This document shows, in pieces, positions 53,965 to 63,768 of a DNA stretch of 64,000 nt. A program made the translations under genes and the position numbers. Positions within the stretch are counted from its first letter, which is position 1. Every line of letters begins with the position of its first letter. Under the pieces are notes generated by a model, which worked only from the letters and a program-made list of their open reading frames with translations, was not told where the DNA came from and ran no database searches. The DNA is from Akkermansia sp. (GTDB lineage Bacteria > Verrucomicrobiota > Verrucomicrobiia > Verrucomicrobiales > Akkermansiaceae), in NCBI GenBank assembly GCA_045614705.1, contig JAZLDM010000017.1, positions 5,263 through 69,262 of the forward strand, given 5' to 3'.

Positions 53965-54780
53965 TCAGTCCTTTGAAGTGTAGCGAGTTACGGCTCGTAT
54001 GGGGAAGGGAATGTTGATGCCGTTTTCGTTAAATGCTGCCAGTAGCTCAGTGGCAAAAGTATAGCGTACGCTGTGGTATTCGGCAGTTTTACACCAAGCC
54101 CCGATGCGTAAATTCAGTGAGCTGTCGCCGAAGTTGCTGAAGGTGACAGTGGGAGCCGGGGTATTCATCAGCTCCGGGCGTTTGGTGATGACGCTCATGA
54201 TGACTTCTTTTACCATCTTCAAATCACATGCGTAGTCTACACCGATGTCGAGGTCGATTCTCCGCAGCTCTGCACCGGTGAGGTTGCGAACCGGGGACTT
54301 AATAAGCGTTTCGCAGGGGACTCGTACCAAGGTGTTATCTCCCCGGCGCAGGTAAACGGAAAGTAGGTTGAAGCTCTCTACCGTGCCTTCTTCACCGCCC
54401 ACTTGTATGTAATCGCCCATGCGGAAGCTGCGTTCGCTGACGAGAAATGCGCCGCTGATGAGGTTGCTGAGAGCTGTTTGTGAGGCGAAACCGATGGCCA
54501 CACCGGCAACGCCGGCAGCTCCCAGTATGCTCACGACATCCACTCCTATTCCTCGTAATCCCTGTACCAGAACCAGTACCCATACTATGGCCTTGAGTAT
54601 TTTGCAGAGCAGGGTGAAAAATTGCCGTTGTTCGTACTGTGTTTGCGTTAGCCTGCGTTGCATGCGCCCCAGTGCTATGCTTGCCACCCAACCGAGGGCG
54701 ATATATATGGCAAAAGCTATCCAGCTCATTTCTACTGAGGCTGCTACATGTCCGTATACTTCTTTAATCCATTCCATCAT
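53965..54780 (-). CDS. mscS: Small-conductance mechanosensitive channel (MscS family)
   Basis: Three TMs, then the MscS beta-domain FRMGDYIQVGGEEGTVESFNLLSVYLRRGDNTLVRVPCETL. Start moved to ATG 54780 (MMEWIKE...) by promoter geometry; the ORF track starts at 54798. Confidence 0.88.
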   Translation of the reverse strand: MMEWIKEVYGHVAASVEMSWIAFAIYIALGWVASIALGRMQRRLTQTQYEQRQFFTLLCKILKAIVWVLVLVQGLRGIGVDVVSILGAAGVAGVAIGFASQTALSNLISGAFLVSERSFRMGDYIQVGGEEGTVESFNLLSVYLRRGDNTLVRVPCETLIKSPVRNLTGAELRRIDLDIGVDYACDLKMVKEVIMSVITKRPELMNTPAPTVTFSNFGDSSLNLRIGAWCKTAEYHSVRYTFATELLAAFNENGINIPFPIRAVTRYTSKD

Positions 54781-54786
54781 GTTACA

Positions 54787-54815
54787 ACTATAGTTCATGC
54801 CGGCTCAGCCGTCAA
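54787..54815 (-). promoter_or_regulatory. Sigma70-like promoter in leaderless geometry (mscS)
   Basis: Minus strand: TTGACG (54815-54810), 17 nt, TATAGT (54792-54787), 6 nt, ATG 54780. Confidence 0.55.
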
Positions 54816-54929
54816 TCCAATTTGCTGTTTCGGGGGTAATTTTTACAATGAGTTATAAGATTATTTTGTCATTGTTTCCCAAAATGTGCGTTTAGCTGTG
54901 TCAAAATTGCAAAATGCGGCAACCTGCGC

Positions 54930-54957
54930 TTGACTTTATTTTCGGCGAGCGTATAAT
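54930..54957 (+). promoter_or_regulatory. Near-consensus sigma70 promoter of the gcv operon (very short leader)
   Basis: TTGACT (54930-54935), 16 nt, TATAAT (54952-54957), 10 nt, ATG 54968. Confidence 0.6.
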
Positions 54958-54967
54958 CTCGCACCTC

Positions 54968-56053
54968 ATGAACGCCGAAGAAACAATTAAGAGCACGCCG
55001 CTGTGCGACAAGCACGTGGAGCTCGGAGCCAAGATGGTGCCCTTCGCCGGTTGGAATATGCCGGTGCAGTATGCGGGTATATTAGCTGAGCACAATGCAG
55101 TGCGCACCGATTGCGGTGTGTTCGATATCTCACACATGGGACAGTTCCTCGTGAGCGGTGCCGGCTCCACTGAGTGGCTCAACGGCATGTTCACCAATAA
55201 CCTTAATAAGCTGGTGGACGGCATGGGACAGTACTCGATGATGCTCAATGAAAAGGGTGGTGTAATCGATGACCTTATCATTTATCAGACCGGTAAGGAT
55301 GACTTCTTTGTAGTGGTGAATGCCAGCATGATTGATGAGGACTATGCTTGGCTTTCCGCCCGTAAGCCCGAGGGTATCACCCTTGTGAACAAGAGCGATG
55401 ATTATGTGGGCTTGGCCATTCAGGGCCCGAACTGCGAGGCCGTGTTCGCCAAGATGTGCCCCGGCGTGGAGCTTCCCGTGCGCAACGGTATCCTGATGTT
55501 TGAGGCTGATGGTGATGCTTGCGTGGTATGCCGCACCGGTTACACCGGTGAGAACGGTTTCGAGTTCTTCTGCCCCGCTGAGCAGGGTGTGAAGTGGTTT
55601 GAGAAGAGCATCGCTTCCGGCGCTCAGCCCTGTGGCTTGGGTGCTCGCGATAGCCTGCGTTTGGAGATGTGCTATTCTCTCAACGGTTCCGACCTTTCCC
55701 CCGAAAAAACTCCGCTCGAAGCCGGTCTTTCTTGGTGCTGCGATCTGAGCAAAGACTTCATCGGCGTAGAGGTGCTGCGTGAGCAGAAGGCTGTCGGCCG
55801 TCCCACGGCTTTGGTGGCTATCGAGTATACCGGCAAGGGTGCTCCTCCCCGCCATGGTTACGAAGTGCAGCTGCCCGACGGCACTCCGCTGGGTGAGATT
55901 TGCAGTGGCGTGCTTTCTCCCTCCCTGGGCAAGGGTATCGCCATGCTCTATGTCCCCGCTGCTCACTCCAAGGTGGGTACCGAGGTGAACGTCATCGTGC
56001 GCAACAAGGCTGTTCCCGCCGTTATCGTCAAGAAACCTTTCCTTAAAAAATAA
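54968..56053 (+). CDS. gcvT: Glycine cleavage system aminomethyltransferase T
   Basis: MNAEETIKSTPLCDKHVELGAKMVPFAGWNMPVQY...FDISHMG...TGYTGENGFE. Confidence 0.95.
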   Translation: MNAEETIKSTPLCDKHVELGAKMVPFAGWNMPVQYAGILAEHNAVRTDCGVFDISHMGQFLVSGAGSTEWLNGMFTNNLNKLVDGMGQYSMMLNEKGGVIDDLIIYQTGKDDFFVVVNASMIDEDYAWLSARKPEGITLVNKSDDYVGLAIQGPNCEAVFAKMCPGVELPVRNGILMFEADGDACVVCRTGYTGENGFEFFCPAEQGVKWFEKSIASGAQPCGLGARDSLRLEMCYSLNGSDLSPEKTPLEAGLSWCCDLSKDFIGVEVLREQKAVGRPTALVAIEYTGKGAPPRHGYEVQLPDGTPLGEICSGVLSPSLGKGIAMLYVPAAHSKVGTEVNVIVRNKAVPAVIVKKPFLKK

Positions 56054-56077
56054 CCCCTGACACCAATACATATTACT

Positions 56078-56461
56078 ATGAGCAATCCCGCTGATTACAA
56101 GTATTCCTCCGAGCACGAATGGATCAGCCCCGCCGTTGATGGCGTGGTGACCCTCGGTATCACCGATTTCGCACAGGCTGAGCTGGGCGAGGTTGTATAC
56201 GTTGACCTTCCCGCCGTTGGCGATACCTTCTCCAAGGAGGACAGCATCGGCGCCGTTGAGTCCACCAAGGCTGCTTCCGATATCTACACTCCCGTTTCCG
56301 GTGAGATTGTGGAGGTGAACGAGGCTCTCGACGCTGAACCCAACACCGTGAATAACGATGCTTTCGGCGCCGGCTGGATTTGCAAGATTAAGCTCGACGA
56401 CCCCTCCGAGCTCGACGCTCTGATGGACGCCGCTGCCTACACCGATTTCTGCAACAAATAA
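56078..56461 (+). CDS. gcvH: Glycine cleavage system H protein
   Basis: YSSEHEWI...GITDFAQAELGEVVYVDLP...VESTKAASDIYTPVSGEIVEVN (lipoyl-Lys motif). Confidence 0.96.
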   Translation: MSNPADYKYSSEHEWISPAVDGVVTLGITDFAQAELGEVVYVDLPAVGDTFSKEDSIGAVESTKAASDIYTPVSGEIVEVNEALDAEPNTVNNDAFGAGWICKIKLDDPSELDALMDAAAYTDFCNK

Positions 56462-56561
56462 GTAACGCCGCAAAGCCTTGCCGGTGGAGCTCCCGGTGCA
56501 GGGGATTACCCCTCCTGCCCGAAGCCCCCGCAAGGCTTTGCTACTTTTTACTCAAAACGCT

Positions 56562-59390
56562 ATGATTTCCGCTCAGACATCATTCATCCCCCGCCATATC
56601 GGCCCGAATGCCGCCGATACTGCCGCCATGTTGGCTGCCATTGGTTTCGACTCTCTGGAGTCTATGACCGAGGCAATCGTACCCGCCGACATTCGCCTGA
56701 AGGCTCCGCTTAATCTGCCTGCCCCCATGGCTGAGCAGGAGGCTCTTGCTGCCCTGCAGCAGATGCTCTCTGCCAACAAGCCGGTGCGCAGCCTTATTGG
56801 TCAGGGGTACTACGGTACCTTCCTTCCCGCTGTCATTCAGCGCAACGTGTATGAGAACCCCAGCTGGTACACAGCCTACACTCCCTACCAGCCTGAGATT
56901 GCTCAGGGGCGTTTGGAGATGCTCATGAACTTCCAGACCATGATTGCCGGCCTGACCGGTCTGCCTATTGCCAACGCCAGTATGCTCGATGAGGGCACTG
57001 CCGCTGCTGAGGCCGTGCATCTTTGCGTGTGCGAGAAGCGTAAGAGCGATACCTTCTTCGTGGCCGATACCTGTTTCCCGCAGACCATCGACGTTATCCG
57101 CACTCGTTGCGAGACTACCGGTGTGAACCTTATTGTAGGGGATTGGAAGAGCTTTGACCCCGCCTCCGTGCCCACCCTCGCCGGTGTGCTGGTGCAGTAT
57201 CCCGACAATTTGGGTGCAGTAGAGGACTATGCCGCCTTCTTCGAGAAGTGCCACGCCGCCAAGGTGCTGTGCTGTGTGGCTGCTGACCTGCTGGCCCTCA
57301 CCGTGCTGAAGGAGCCCGGTTCCTTCGGTGCTGATGTGTGCGTAGGTACCACGCAGCGCTTCGGTATCCCCATGGGCTACGGTGGTCCCGCCGCCGCTTA
57401 CATGGCATGTACGGATGCTCTTAAGCGTAAACTTCCCGGCCGCTATATCGGCAAGTCCATCGACCGCGATGGTAAGCCTGCCTATCGTCTGGCTCTGCAG
57501 ACGCGTGAGCAGCACATCCGCCGTGAGAAAGCTACCTCGAACATCTGCACCGCACAGGTACTTACCGCGCTGCTCTGCACGTTCTACGCCATGTATCAGG
57601 GCCCCGAAGGCCTGAAGAACGTGGCCACTACCGCTCACCGTCTGGCTGCCGGGTTCGCAGCTGCTGCGACCGCCGCTGGCTATGCCGTGCCCGCTGCTAC
57701 ATATTTCGACACTGTGTCGGTAACTGTTCCCGGCAAGGCCGCTGAGTTGGTAGCTGCCGCTCTGACCGCCGGCTACAACATCCGCAAGGTGAATGCCGAC
57801 ACCATTTCCGTTTCCTTCGACGAGACTACGACAGATGTTGATTTGACCGCCCTTTGCACTGCTCTGGGGCTGCCTGCAGCCGAGGTGCCTGCTGCCCCGG
57901 TATGGGCGGCCGAGTGGAATCGCACGAGCGCATTCTGCACGGAGACCTGCTTCAACTCCTTCCACTCCGAGACGGAGATGATGCGCTACATCCACACGCT
58001 GGAGTGCAAGGACCTGGCTCTCAACGAGGCCATGATTCCGCTGGGCTCCTGCACCATGAAGGCCAACTGCGCCGCTATCATGATGCCCATCACCTGGTCG
58101 TCCGTAACGGAACTGCACCCCTTCGCTCCCGCTGACCAGTGCCAGGGTATGCGCGCTATGCTTGAGCAGCTCAAGCAGTGGCTGGCCGTAGTGACCGGTT
58201 TCCACGGTGTGTCTCTGCAGCCGAACTCCGGTGCCGCCGGTGAGTTCGCCGGCTTGCTCACCATTCACCGCTATCAGGTGGCTCAGGGTGAGGGGCACCG
58301 CAACGTGTGCCTTATCCCGAACTCCGCTCACGGTACCAACCCCGCCTCCGCCGCGATGGCCGGCTTCACCTGTGTACCCGTGAAGTGCGACGAGCTCGGT
58401 AATATCGATGCCGCTGATTTGAAGGCTCAGGCTGAGAAGTACCGCGACAACCTCGCGGCTCTCATGGTGACCTATCCCTCCACTCACGGCGTGTACGAAA
58501 GCGGCGTGGCTGACCTCTGCCGCATCATTCACGAGAACGGCGGTCAGGTGTACATGGACGGCGCTAACATGAACGCTCAGTGTGGTCTGACAAACCCCGG
58601 CACCATTGGTGCTGACGTCTGCCACCTGAACCTGCACAAGACCTTTGCCATGCCCCACGGCGGCGGTGGTCCCGGTGTAGGCCCCATCTGCTGTGCTGAG
58701 CACCTTACCCCCTACCTGCCGGGGCACATTTGCGATGACAGTCAGGCTCACTCCGCTGTATCTTCCGCTGAGTACGGCTCTGCCGCTATCTGCCCCATCA
58801 CTTGGATGTACCTTGCTATGATGGGCTTCGAAGGGCTCAAGAAGGCCTCTCAGATGGCAATCCTGAACGCTAACTACATCGCCAAGCGTCTCGAGAATTA
58901 CTTCCCGACCCTCTACTCCGGTGCCAACGGCTTGGTGGCTCACGAGTGTATTCTCGACACCACTATCATGCTCCGCAAGAGCCACCTCTCGGTGGATGAC
59001 ATGGCTAAGCGTCTTATGGACTACGGCTTCCTCGCCCCCACCATGAGCTTCCCGGTGCACGACACGCTGATGGTAGAACCCACGGAGTCCGAGAGCAAGT
59101 ACGAGCTCGATCGTTTCATCGATGCCATGATTGGTATTCACGCAGAGATGGAGGCTGTGGCCAATGGCACCGTACCCGCCGATGACAACGTGATGGTGAA
59201 TGCTCCCCACACCGCACTGGCTGTGACCGCCGACGAGTGGAACCACGCCTACACCCGCGCTCAGGCCGCCTATCCCGCTGCCTGCCAGCGACTCCACAAG
59301 TTCTGGCCGTCTTGCTCCCGTGTGGAGAACGCATGGGGCGACCGCAACTTCTGCTGCACCTGCGATACTCTCGCTGAGCAGCAGGGCTGA
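56562..59390 (+). CDS. gcvP: Glycine dehydrogenase (decarboxylating), single-chain P protein
   Basis: 942 aa from ATG 56562 (MISAQTSFIPRHIGPN...). PYQPEIAQGRLE, and the PLP-Lys region HLNLHKTFAMPHGGGGPG. Confidence 0.95.
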   Translation: MISAQTSFIPRHIGPNAADTAAMLAAIGFDSLESMTEAIVPADIRLKAPLNLPAPMAEQEALAALQQMLSANKPVRSLIGQGYYGTFLPAVIQRNVYENPSWYTAYTPYQPEIAQGRLEMLMNFQTMIAGLTGLPIANASMLDEGTAAAEAVHLCVCEKRKSDTFFVADTCFPQTIDVIRTRCETTGVNLIVGDWKSFDPASVPTLAGVLVQYPDNLGAVEDYAAFFEKCHAAKVLCCVAADLLALTVLKEPGSFGADVCVGTTQRFGIPMGYGGPAAAYMACTDALKRKLPGRYIGKSIDRDGKPAYRLALQTREQHIRREKATSNICTAQVLTALLCTFYAMYQGPEGLKNVATTAHRLAAGFAAAATAAGYAVPAATYFDTVSVTVPGKAAELVAAALTAGYNIRKVNADTISVSFDETTTDVDLTALCTALGLPAAEVPAAPVWAAEWNRTSAFCTETCFNSFHSETEMMRYIHTLECKDLALNEAMIPLGSCTMKANCAAIMMPITWSSVTELHPFAPADQCQGMRAMLEQLKQWLAVVTGFHGVSLQPNSGAAGEFAGLLTIHRYQVAQGEGHRNVCLIPNSAHGTNPASAAMAGFTCVPVKCDELGNIDAADLKAQAEKYRDNLAALMVTYPSTHGVYESGVADLCRIIHENGGQVYMDGANMNAQCGLTNPGTIGADVCHLNLHKTFAMPHGGGGPGVGPICCAEHLTPYLPGHICDDSQAHSAVSSAEYGSAAICPITWMYLAMMGFEGLKKASQMAILNANYIAKRLENYFPTLYSGANGLVAHECILDTTIMLRKSHLSVDDMAKRLMDYGFLAPTMSFPVHDTLMVEPTESESKYELDRFIDAMIGIHAEMEAVANGTVPADDNVMVNAPHTALAVTADEWNHAYTRAQAAYPAACQRLHKFWPSCSRVENAWGDRNFCCTCDTLAEQQG

Positions 59391-59418
59391 TAGCCCGTTG
59401 AAAGTGCTTTTTGCATAC

Positions 59419-59455
59419 AATCCCTGCGCCTCGCTTGAGGTGCAGGGATTTTTCT
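59419..59455 (+). terminator. Rho-independent terminator of the gcv operon
   Basis: Stem AATCCCTGCGCCTC / GAGGTGCAGGGATT (59419-59450) with loop GCTT and one G-U pair, followed by TTTTC. Confidence 0.85.
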
Positions 59456-59597
59456 ATCCCTTACCATTGCCTAACACAAGGAGTAAAGCCGAAAAAAAAA
59501 CTGCATGTGGCATTCGAATGACGTGCTGTTACTGTATAGATGTATGTTTTTTTGTACAACTGCCACAAAATCCTGTGCCCGATTTTGTACTTTTTTC

Positions 59598-59626
59598 TTT
59601 ACGTTTCCCGAAATATATAGTAGACT
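59598..59626 (+). promoter_or_regulatory. Sigma70-like promoter in leaderless geometry (Sel1-like gene A)
   Basis: TTTACG (59598-59603), 17 nt, TAGACT (59621-59626), 7 nt, ATG 59634. Confidence 0.45.
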
Positions 59627-59633
59627 CTACAAC

Positions 59634-60194
59634 ATGGATGCCACCTCTCTTCTTGCTACCGAAATAGATTATTCTCTCTACGATGACGATGATGCTTACA
59701 TCGCCGCATACAATGAGCTTATAGACAAACTGCGTGCCTGTGCCAAGGCTCACGCTCAGGGGACTGACGGTTGTCCTCAGGATTTGCAGACGGCTGTCGC
59801 CTGTTGGCAGAAGGCCGCTGAGCTGGAAGACCCGGAGTCTCTCTGCGCTCTGGCCGACTATTATCTTTCCGTTGGCGACAATGACCGCGCTATCAACTGG
59901 CTGCATGAAGTTGTAAATGTCTACGACCTTGAGCAGCCCCTTTGCACGCTCATTTCGCTGCTCCTTAAGCGCAATACCGAAGACGACCGCGCCGAGCTCG
60001 ACTCTCTCTATCGCACCCTCGTTTCCGGTTATCCCAGTGCTGAGCATCACTACGACTACGCCTGCTACCTCCTTTCCATCGACTCCTCCATCCATTCCCT
60101 CGTCCGTAGAAAGGCCGTGCGTTTCCTCGAACTCGCCGCCGCTACCGGCCATGCAGACGCCGTAGCCCAGCTCGAGCGCCTCGGTAAGCGCTAA
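59634..60194 (+). CDS. Sel1-like (TPR-family) repeat protein
   Basis: 186 aa from ATG 59634. Repeats of the A-x-x-W/F-x-x-AAE-x-G/D...A...LA-x-YY type (AVACWQKAAELEDPESLCALADYYLS; AVRFLELAAATGHADAVAQLERLG). Confidence 0.7.
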   Translation: MDATSLLATEIDYSLYDDDDAYIAAYNELIDKLRACAKAHAQGTDGCPQDLQTAVACWQKAAELEDPESLCALADYYLSVGDNDRAINWLHEVVNVYDLEQPLCTLISLLLKRNTEDDRAELDSLYRTLVSGYPSAEHHYDYACYLLSIDSSIHSLVRRKAVRFLELAAATGHADAVAQLERLGKR

Positions 60195-60252
60195 CTCCGG
60201 GCTAGCTGCCCGCCGTTTTATCTTTTTTTTCTTGGTTTGTTATTGTGGTTTA

Positions 60253-60291
60253 TCCGGCTCGTTCTCCAAAGAGAACGAGCCGGAGTTTTTT
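60253..60291 (+). terminator. Strong rho-independent terminator at the left edge of the low-GC islet
   Basis: Perfect 14-bp stem TCCGGCTCGTTCTC (60253-60266) / GAGAACGAGCCGGA (60271-60284) with loop CAAA, followed by GTTTTTT. Confidence 0.9.
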
Positions 60292-60359
60292 CAAAAAGCT
60301 GTATACATAACGTGTTTCGTTTCTATGGCTTTGTCTGTATTATAGAAAGTAGATTTTAT

Positions 60360-60388
60360 TTGATCTTAAGGCGAATATATGTTATAAG
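60360..60388 (+). promoter_or_regulatory. Sigma70-like promoter in leaderless geometry (restriction gene)
   Basis: TTGATC (60360-60365), 17 nt, TATAAG (60383-60388), 6 nt, ATG 60395. Confidence 0.5.
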
Positions 60389-60394
60389 TGCCTT

Positions 60395-63300
60395 ATGCAG
60401 TTAGGATTTTACGATCTTTTTTTTACGCAAGAGCTTGTAAAGAAATGCGAGGGTATCCAAGGTCAGCATATTTCAACTGAGCCATTAAGTAAAGAATTGT
60501 TTTGGCATGAGTTTCCTACACATGTTGCGGCAGAGGTGTTGGAATACTTGAAGCTGCATGACGAAAAGTTACAAGCCAAAAATATGTATGAAACGCTCCG
60601 CGTTTTGCTCACTTCTCCTGGCTTTACTGAATTCTTGAGCCAACGTATTATTCCTACTACCGGTCATAAGTTGCAAGGAATCCTACCCTCATACGTGCAG
60701 GAGGGGCATATTAACTTGCCAGATACACCTTTAGCGATTTCTTCTCTGTTGACGGGGGCCGCTCGTACTCCAAAATTGGGTGAACAAATCAAGAAGGAGC
60801 TTGCCACATGCGACAGGGCTGAATGGATGGTTTCTTTCATTCGTATGACAGGGCTTGTTCCGCTCATGTCGGCCCTTGAGGAGTTTACGAAGAAACATCG
60901 CAATGATTCTGAACCCTGTTTGAGAATTGCGACCACGACTTATATGGGAGTGACCGAAGCAAAGGCTATTGAGTGGTTGCAAAATCTACCGAACACTGAA
61001 GTCCGTGTATCCTATGATACCAAAAATACGCGACTTCATGCCAAAACATATATTTTCCATCGCAATACCGGTTTTGGTTCCGCTTATATCGGCTCGTCCA
61101 ATATTTCAAAAGTTGCTATGGATAATGGGCTAGAGTGGAACGTGAAAATAAGTCAGAGAGAATTGGCTCATCTGTGGGAAGCTGCGATAGCCTCCTTTGA
61201 ATCTCACTGGGAAGATGCTCGTTCCTTTGAACTCTGCTCTTCTATAGAGCACCTCGAGCGTTTAAAACAAGCACTTGATTGTGAGCGAAAAGAACCGACT
61301 GCAAACTCAAACTTTACTTTTTTTGATTTACGTCCATTCCGTTATCAGGAGGAGGCGTTAGAGGATATTGAACGTGAGCGACAAGGTGGAAAGAATAAAC
61401 ATCTTATTGTTGCTGCTACTGGAACGGGGAAAACCATGATTGCTGCTTTTGATTACCAGAGATTTTGTAAAACTCATCCTAATGCAAACTTGCTTTTCCT
61501 TGCTCATCGAAAAGAAATCTTAGAGCAAGCGCAAACCGCATTTCGCCAAGTATCTAAAAACGGGAGCTTGGGTTGCATTGTTGATGGTTCAAATCGGCCT
61601 ACAAATCATAGTCACTGGTTCTGTACAATTCAGTCGTGGCAGAAGTATAAGCATTTATATGATCCGTCACACTTTAAATACGTTGTCGTAGATGAGGCTC
61701 ATCACGGAAGCGCTAATAGCTATAAGGAATCGTTGGACCGCATAGAGCCAGAAAGTCTTCTGGGGCTTACAGCTACTCCAGAACGAATGGATGGTAACGA
61801 TATTCGTCATCTTTTCGGTGGTTGTTATACTCATGAAATCCGGTTGGGTGATGCTATAGAGCGTACGCTACTGAGTCCATTTGTCTACTATGGTATTTCT
61901 GACTCTCCCAATGTTGACTTTTCTACCTTGAAATGGAACTCAGGCAAGTACGATGAACGAGCGCTCGCAGAGATGCTTGAGTTTAATGAGTCTCGTGCAG
62001 CGTGGGTTCTGGAACAAATGAATAGACGTCTCGATAATATTCATCGTATTAAATGTCTAGGATTCTGTGTAAATATCAATCATGCGGAGTTTATGGCTCG
62101 ATTCTGTAATTCTCATGGTGTAAAAGCAATTGCACTCACGTCGCATAGTTTACCAGAGGAACGAGATTCTGCACAAGCTAAGCTGAAAAATGGGGACGTT
62201 AATATCATCTTTACGGTGGATATGTACAATGAAGGTGTCGATATTCCTAACGTGGATACTGTGCTCTTTCTTCGTCCGACTGAAAGTCTAACCGTATTTT
62301 TGCAACAACTTGGTCGAGGTTTGCGACGTGCTGATGATAAGGAATGCTTGGTTGTCTTTGATTTCATAGCTCAACAACATAAGAAGTTTAATTATGCTCA
62401 ACGTTACCGAGCTTTGTGTGCTAACTCCAGCTTGAAAGCAATAGAGAAGCAAGTTAAATACGGGTTTTCGCTTCTTCCTATCGGGTGTTCAATTCATTTG
62501 GAAGAAGTTGCACAAAAACATATACTTGCCAATATCAAGGATATCATTAGCTCCATGACTCGGAGAAAAATGGAAGCCGAGCTTCGTCTGCACATGGTGG
62601 ATAATCGATGGCTTACGCTCGCCGAAATTATGGAGATATTTGGCGTAGATTCGCCTGAGTCTATATATAGTAAAATACTTCCTTCTGCTATTCAAGAAAG
62701 CTTAGTTACGTATGGTGCAATAGATGATGAACTCAATAAGTTCGAGAAGAACATTCGTAGCGGTATTTGTCGATTGCTTCTTCAAACCGACAGTGATTTG
62801 TTGAGTCGTTTTTCTGATTTGTTGAATAAGCCCAATGTTTACGATGAATCGACACTTAGTAGTGTATACAAAGTTCTCTGGGGAGAGAAGAGACCGGCTG
62901 ATAATGTAAGAAAATTACATGACTTTACATTACAGCACTCGGCCTTAGTTCATGAGTTGTCTCAAATTATCAAGTGGCAACAGCAACATCGCTGTCAATA
63001 TGGAGGTAGAACTTTTTCTACAACAGGTAATCTAAAATTGCATGCTAGCTACACGCGAGACCAAATACTCCTAGCTCTCGGTCTTGGTAGTTTTGAAGCT
63101 CCATATCCTTCACGAGAAGGAGTATTGCATTTGAAGGAAAGAAAATTACACGTATTCTTCGCAGACATTAATAAGAGTGAGGATGATTTCTCTCCAACGA
63201 CAATGTATGAAGATTATGCGATTTCCCCTACCTTGTTTCATTGGCAAAGCCAATCTGGTACTACGCCATATAGCTCAGTTGGACAAAGCTATATCAATCA

Positions 63301-63496
63301 AGAAAAGCTGGGTTATACCATCATGCTTTTCATTCGAGAGCGTAAGCAAACAGCTGATGGTATATCTGCTCCGTATGTGTTTATCGGGCCTGCTACTTAC
63401 GTGCGACATTCAGGTAGTAAACCAATGAGTATTCGCTGGCGACTTACTTACCCACTTCCTGCGCATATTATGGCGTGGGCTAATAGGGAAAATTAA
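60395..63496 (+). CDS. SauUSI-like type IV (modification-dependent) restriction endonuclease: PLD nuclease, SF2 helicase/ATPase, DUF3427-type C-terminal domain
   Basis: 1033 aa. Single HKD-type motif LHAKTYIFH...GSAYIGSSNIS (residues ~214-238). Helicase motifs VAATGTGKT (I), VVDEAHHG (II), GLTATPER (III), QQLGRGLRR (VI). The ~280-aa C-terminal domain is in the position of the SauUSI target-recognition domain. About 40% GC against about 60% in the flanks (spot counts). Confidence 0.8.
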   Translation: MQLGFYDLFFTQELVKKCEGIQGQHISTEPLSKELFWHEFPTHVAAEVLEYLKLHDEKLQAKNMYETLRVLLTSPGFTEFLSQRIIPTTGHKLQGILPSYVQEGHINLPDTPLAISSLLTGAARTPKLGEQIKKELATCDRAEWMVSFIRMTGLVPLMSALEEFTKKHRNDSEPCLRIATTTYMGVTEAKAIEWLQNLPNTEVRVSYDTKNTRLHAKTYIFHRNTGFGSAYIGSSNISKVAMDNGLEWNVKISQRELAHLWEAAIASFESHWEDARSFELCSSIEHLERLKQALDCERKEPTANSNFTFFDLRPFRYQEEALEDIERERQGGKNKHLIVAATGTGKTMIAAFDYQRFCKTHPNANLLFLAHRKEILEQAQTAFRQVSKNGSLGCIVDGSNRPTNHSHWFCTIQSWQKYKHLYDPSHFKYVVVDEAHHGSANSYKESLDRIEPESLLGLTATPERMDGNDIRHLFGGCYTHEIRLGDAIERTLLSPFVYYGISDSPNVDFSTLKWNSGKYDERALAEMLEFNESRAAWVLEQMNRRLDNIHRIKCLGFCVNINHAEFMARFCNSHGVKAIALTSHSLPEERDSAQAKLKNGDVNIIFTVDMYNEGVDIPNVDTVLFLRPTESLTVFLQQLGRGLRRADDKECLVVFDFIAQQHKKFNYAQRYRALCANSSLKAIEKQVKYGFSLLPIGCSIHLEEVAQKHILANIKDIISSMTRRKMEAELRLHMVDNRWLTLAEIMEIFGVDSPESIYSKILPSAIQESLVTYGAIDDELNKFEKNIRSGICRLLLQTDSDLLSRFSDLLNKPNVYDESTLSSVYKVLWGEKRPADNVRKLHDFTLQHSALVHELSQIIKWQQQHRCQYGGRTFSTTGNLKLHASYTRDQILLALGLGSFEAPYPSREGVLHLKERKLHVFFADINKSEDDFSPTTMYEDYAISPTLFHWQSQSGTTPYSSVGQSYINQEKLGYTIMLFIRERKQTADGISAPYVFIGPATYVRHSGSKPMSIRWRLTYPLPAHIMAWANREN

Positions 63497-63739
63497 ACGT
63501 ATATAATTAAGAAGAACGTTTTTCAGTAGTTCGATTAGTATAGAATGTTCTTTAGTATTAACTGTTAGCTCTTTCATATGAGCTACGTACATCGGTATGT
63601 TCATAGGTGGTCTGGCTCCAATGTCGAGAAATATGTATGTAATGAGCGGTCGTATCTAAATGTTCAATGCTCAATAGTTGAAGATTATATAGTTGAAAAA
63701 GTGTTTATGCACATTATAGTGTGCAATTAAACTAATTTC

Positions 63740-63768
63740 TTGCTTGCGAGATCCAGTTAGTATACACT
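63740..63768 (+). promoter_or_regulatory. Sigma70-like promoter in leaderless geometry (Sel1-like gene B)
   Basis: TTGCTT (63740-63745), 17 nt, TACACT (63763-63768), 7 nt, ATG 63776. Confidence 0.45.

Noticed and set aside
54799-54967. Glycine riboswitch expected upstream of gcvT
   Set aside because: The spacer holds only a near-consensus promoter ending 10 nt before the ATG. There is no room for tandem aptamers, and I saw no conserved glycine-riboswitch core (GGAGAG...CACCG-type) sequences.
56580-59420. 946-aa ORF antisense to gcvP
   Set aside because: Shadow ORF. The + strand is a full-length glycine dehydrogenase with its PLP-lysine motif. The antisense product is Gly/His/Val-rich with no motifs.
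60395-63496. Classifying the PLD-helicase gene as Mokosh type II or a type III restriction Res subunit
   Set aside because: As I recall it, Mokosh uses an SF1/Upf1-like (COG1112) helicase. Here the motifs are SF2 (DEAH, QxxGRGxR), with an N-terminal PLD and a long C-terminal domain. No Mod methyltransferase is adjacent. The SauUSI layout fits better.
63410-63604. 64-aa minus-strand ORF overlapping the 3' end of the restriction gene
   Set aside because: It overlaps a strongly supported CDS and shows no coding signals. It lies in an AT-rich region where random ORFs with Met/Lys/Asn bias are expected.
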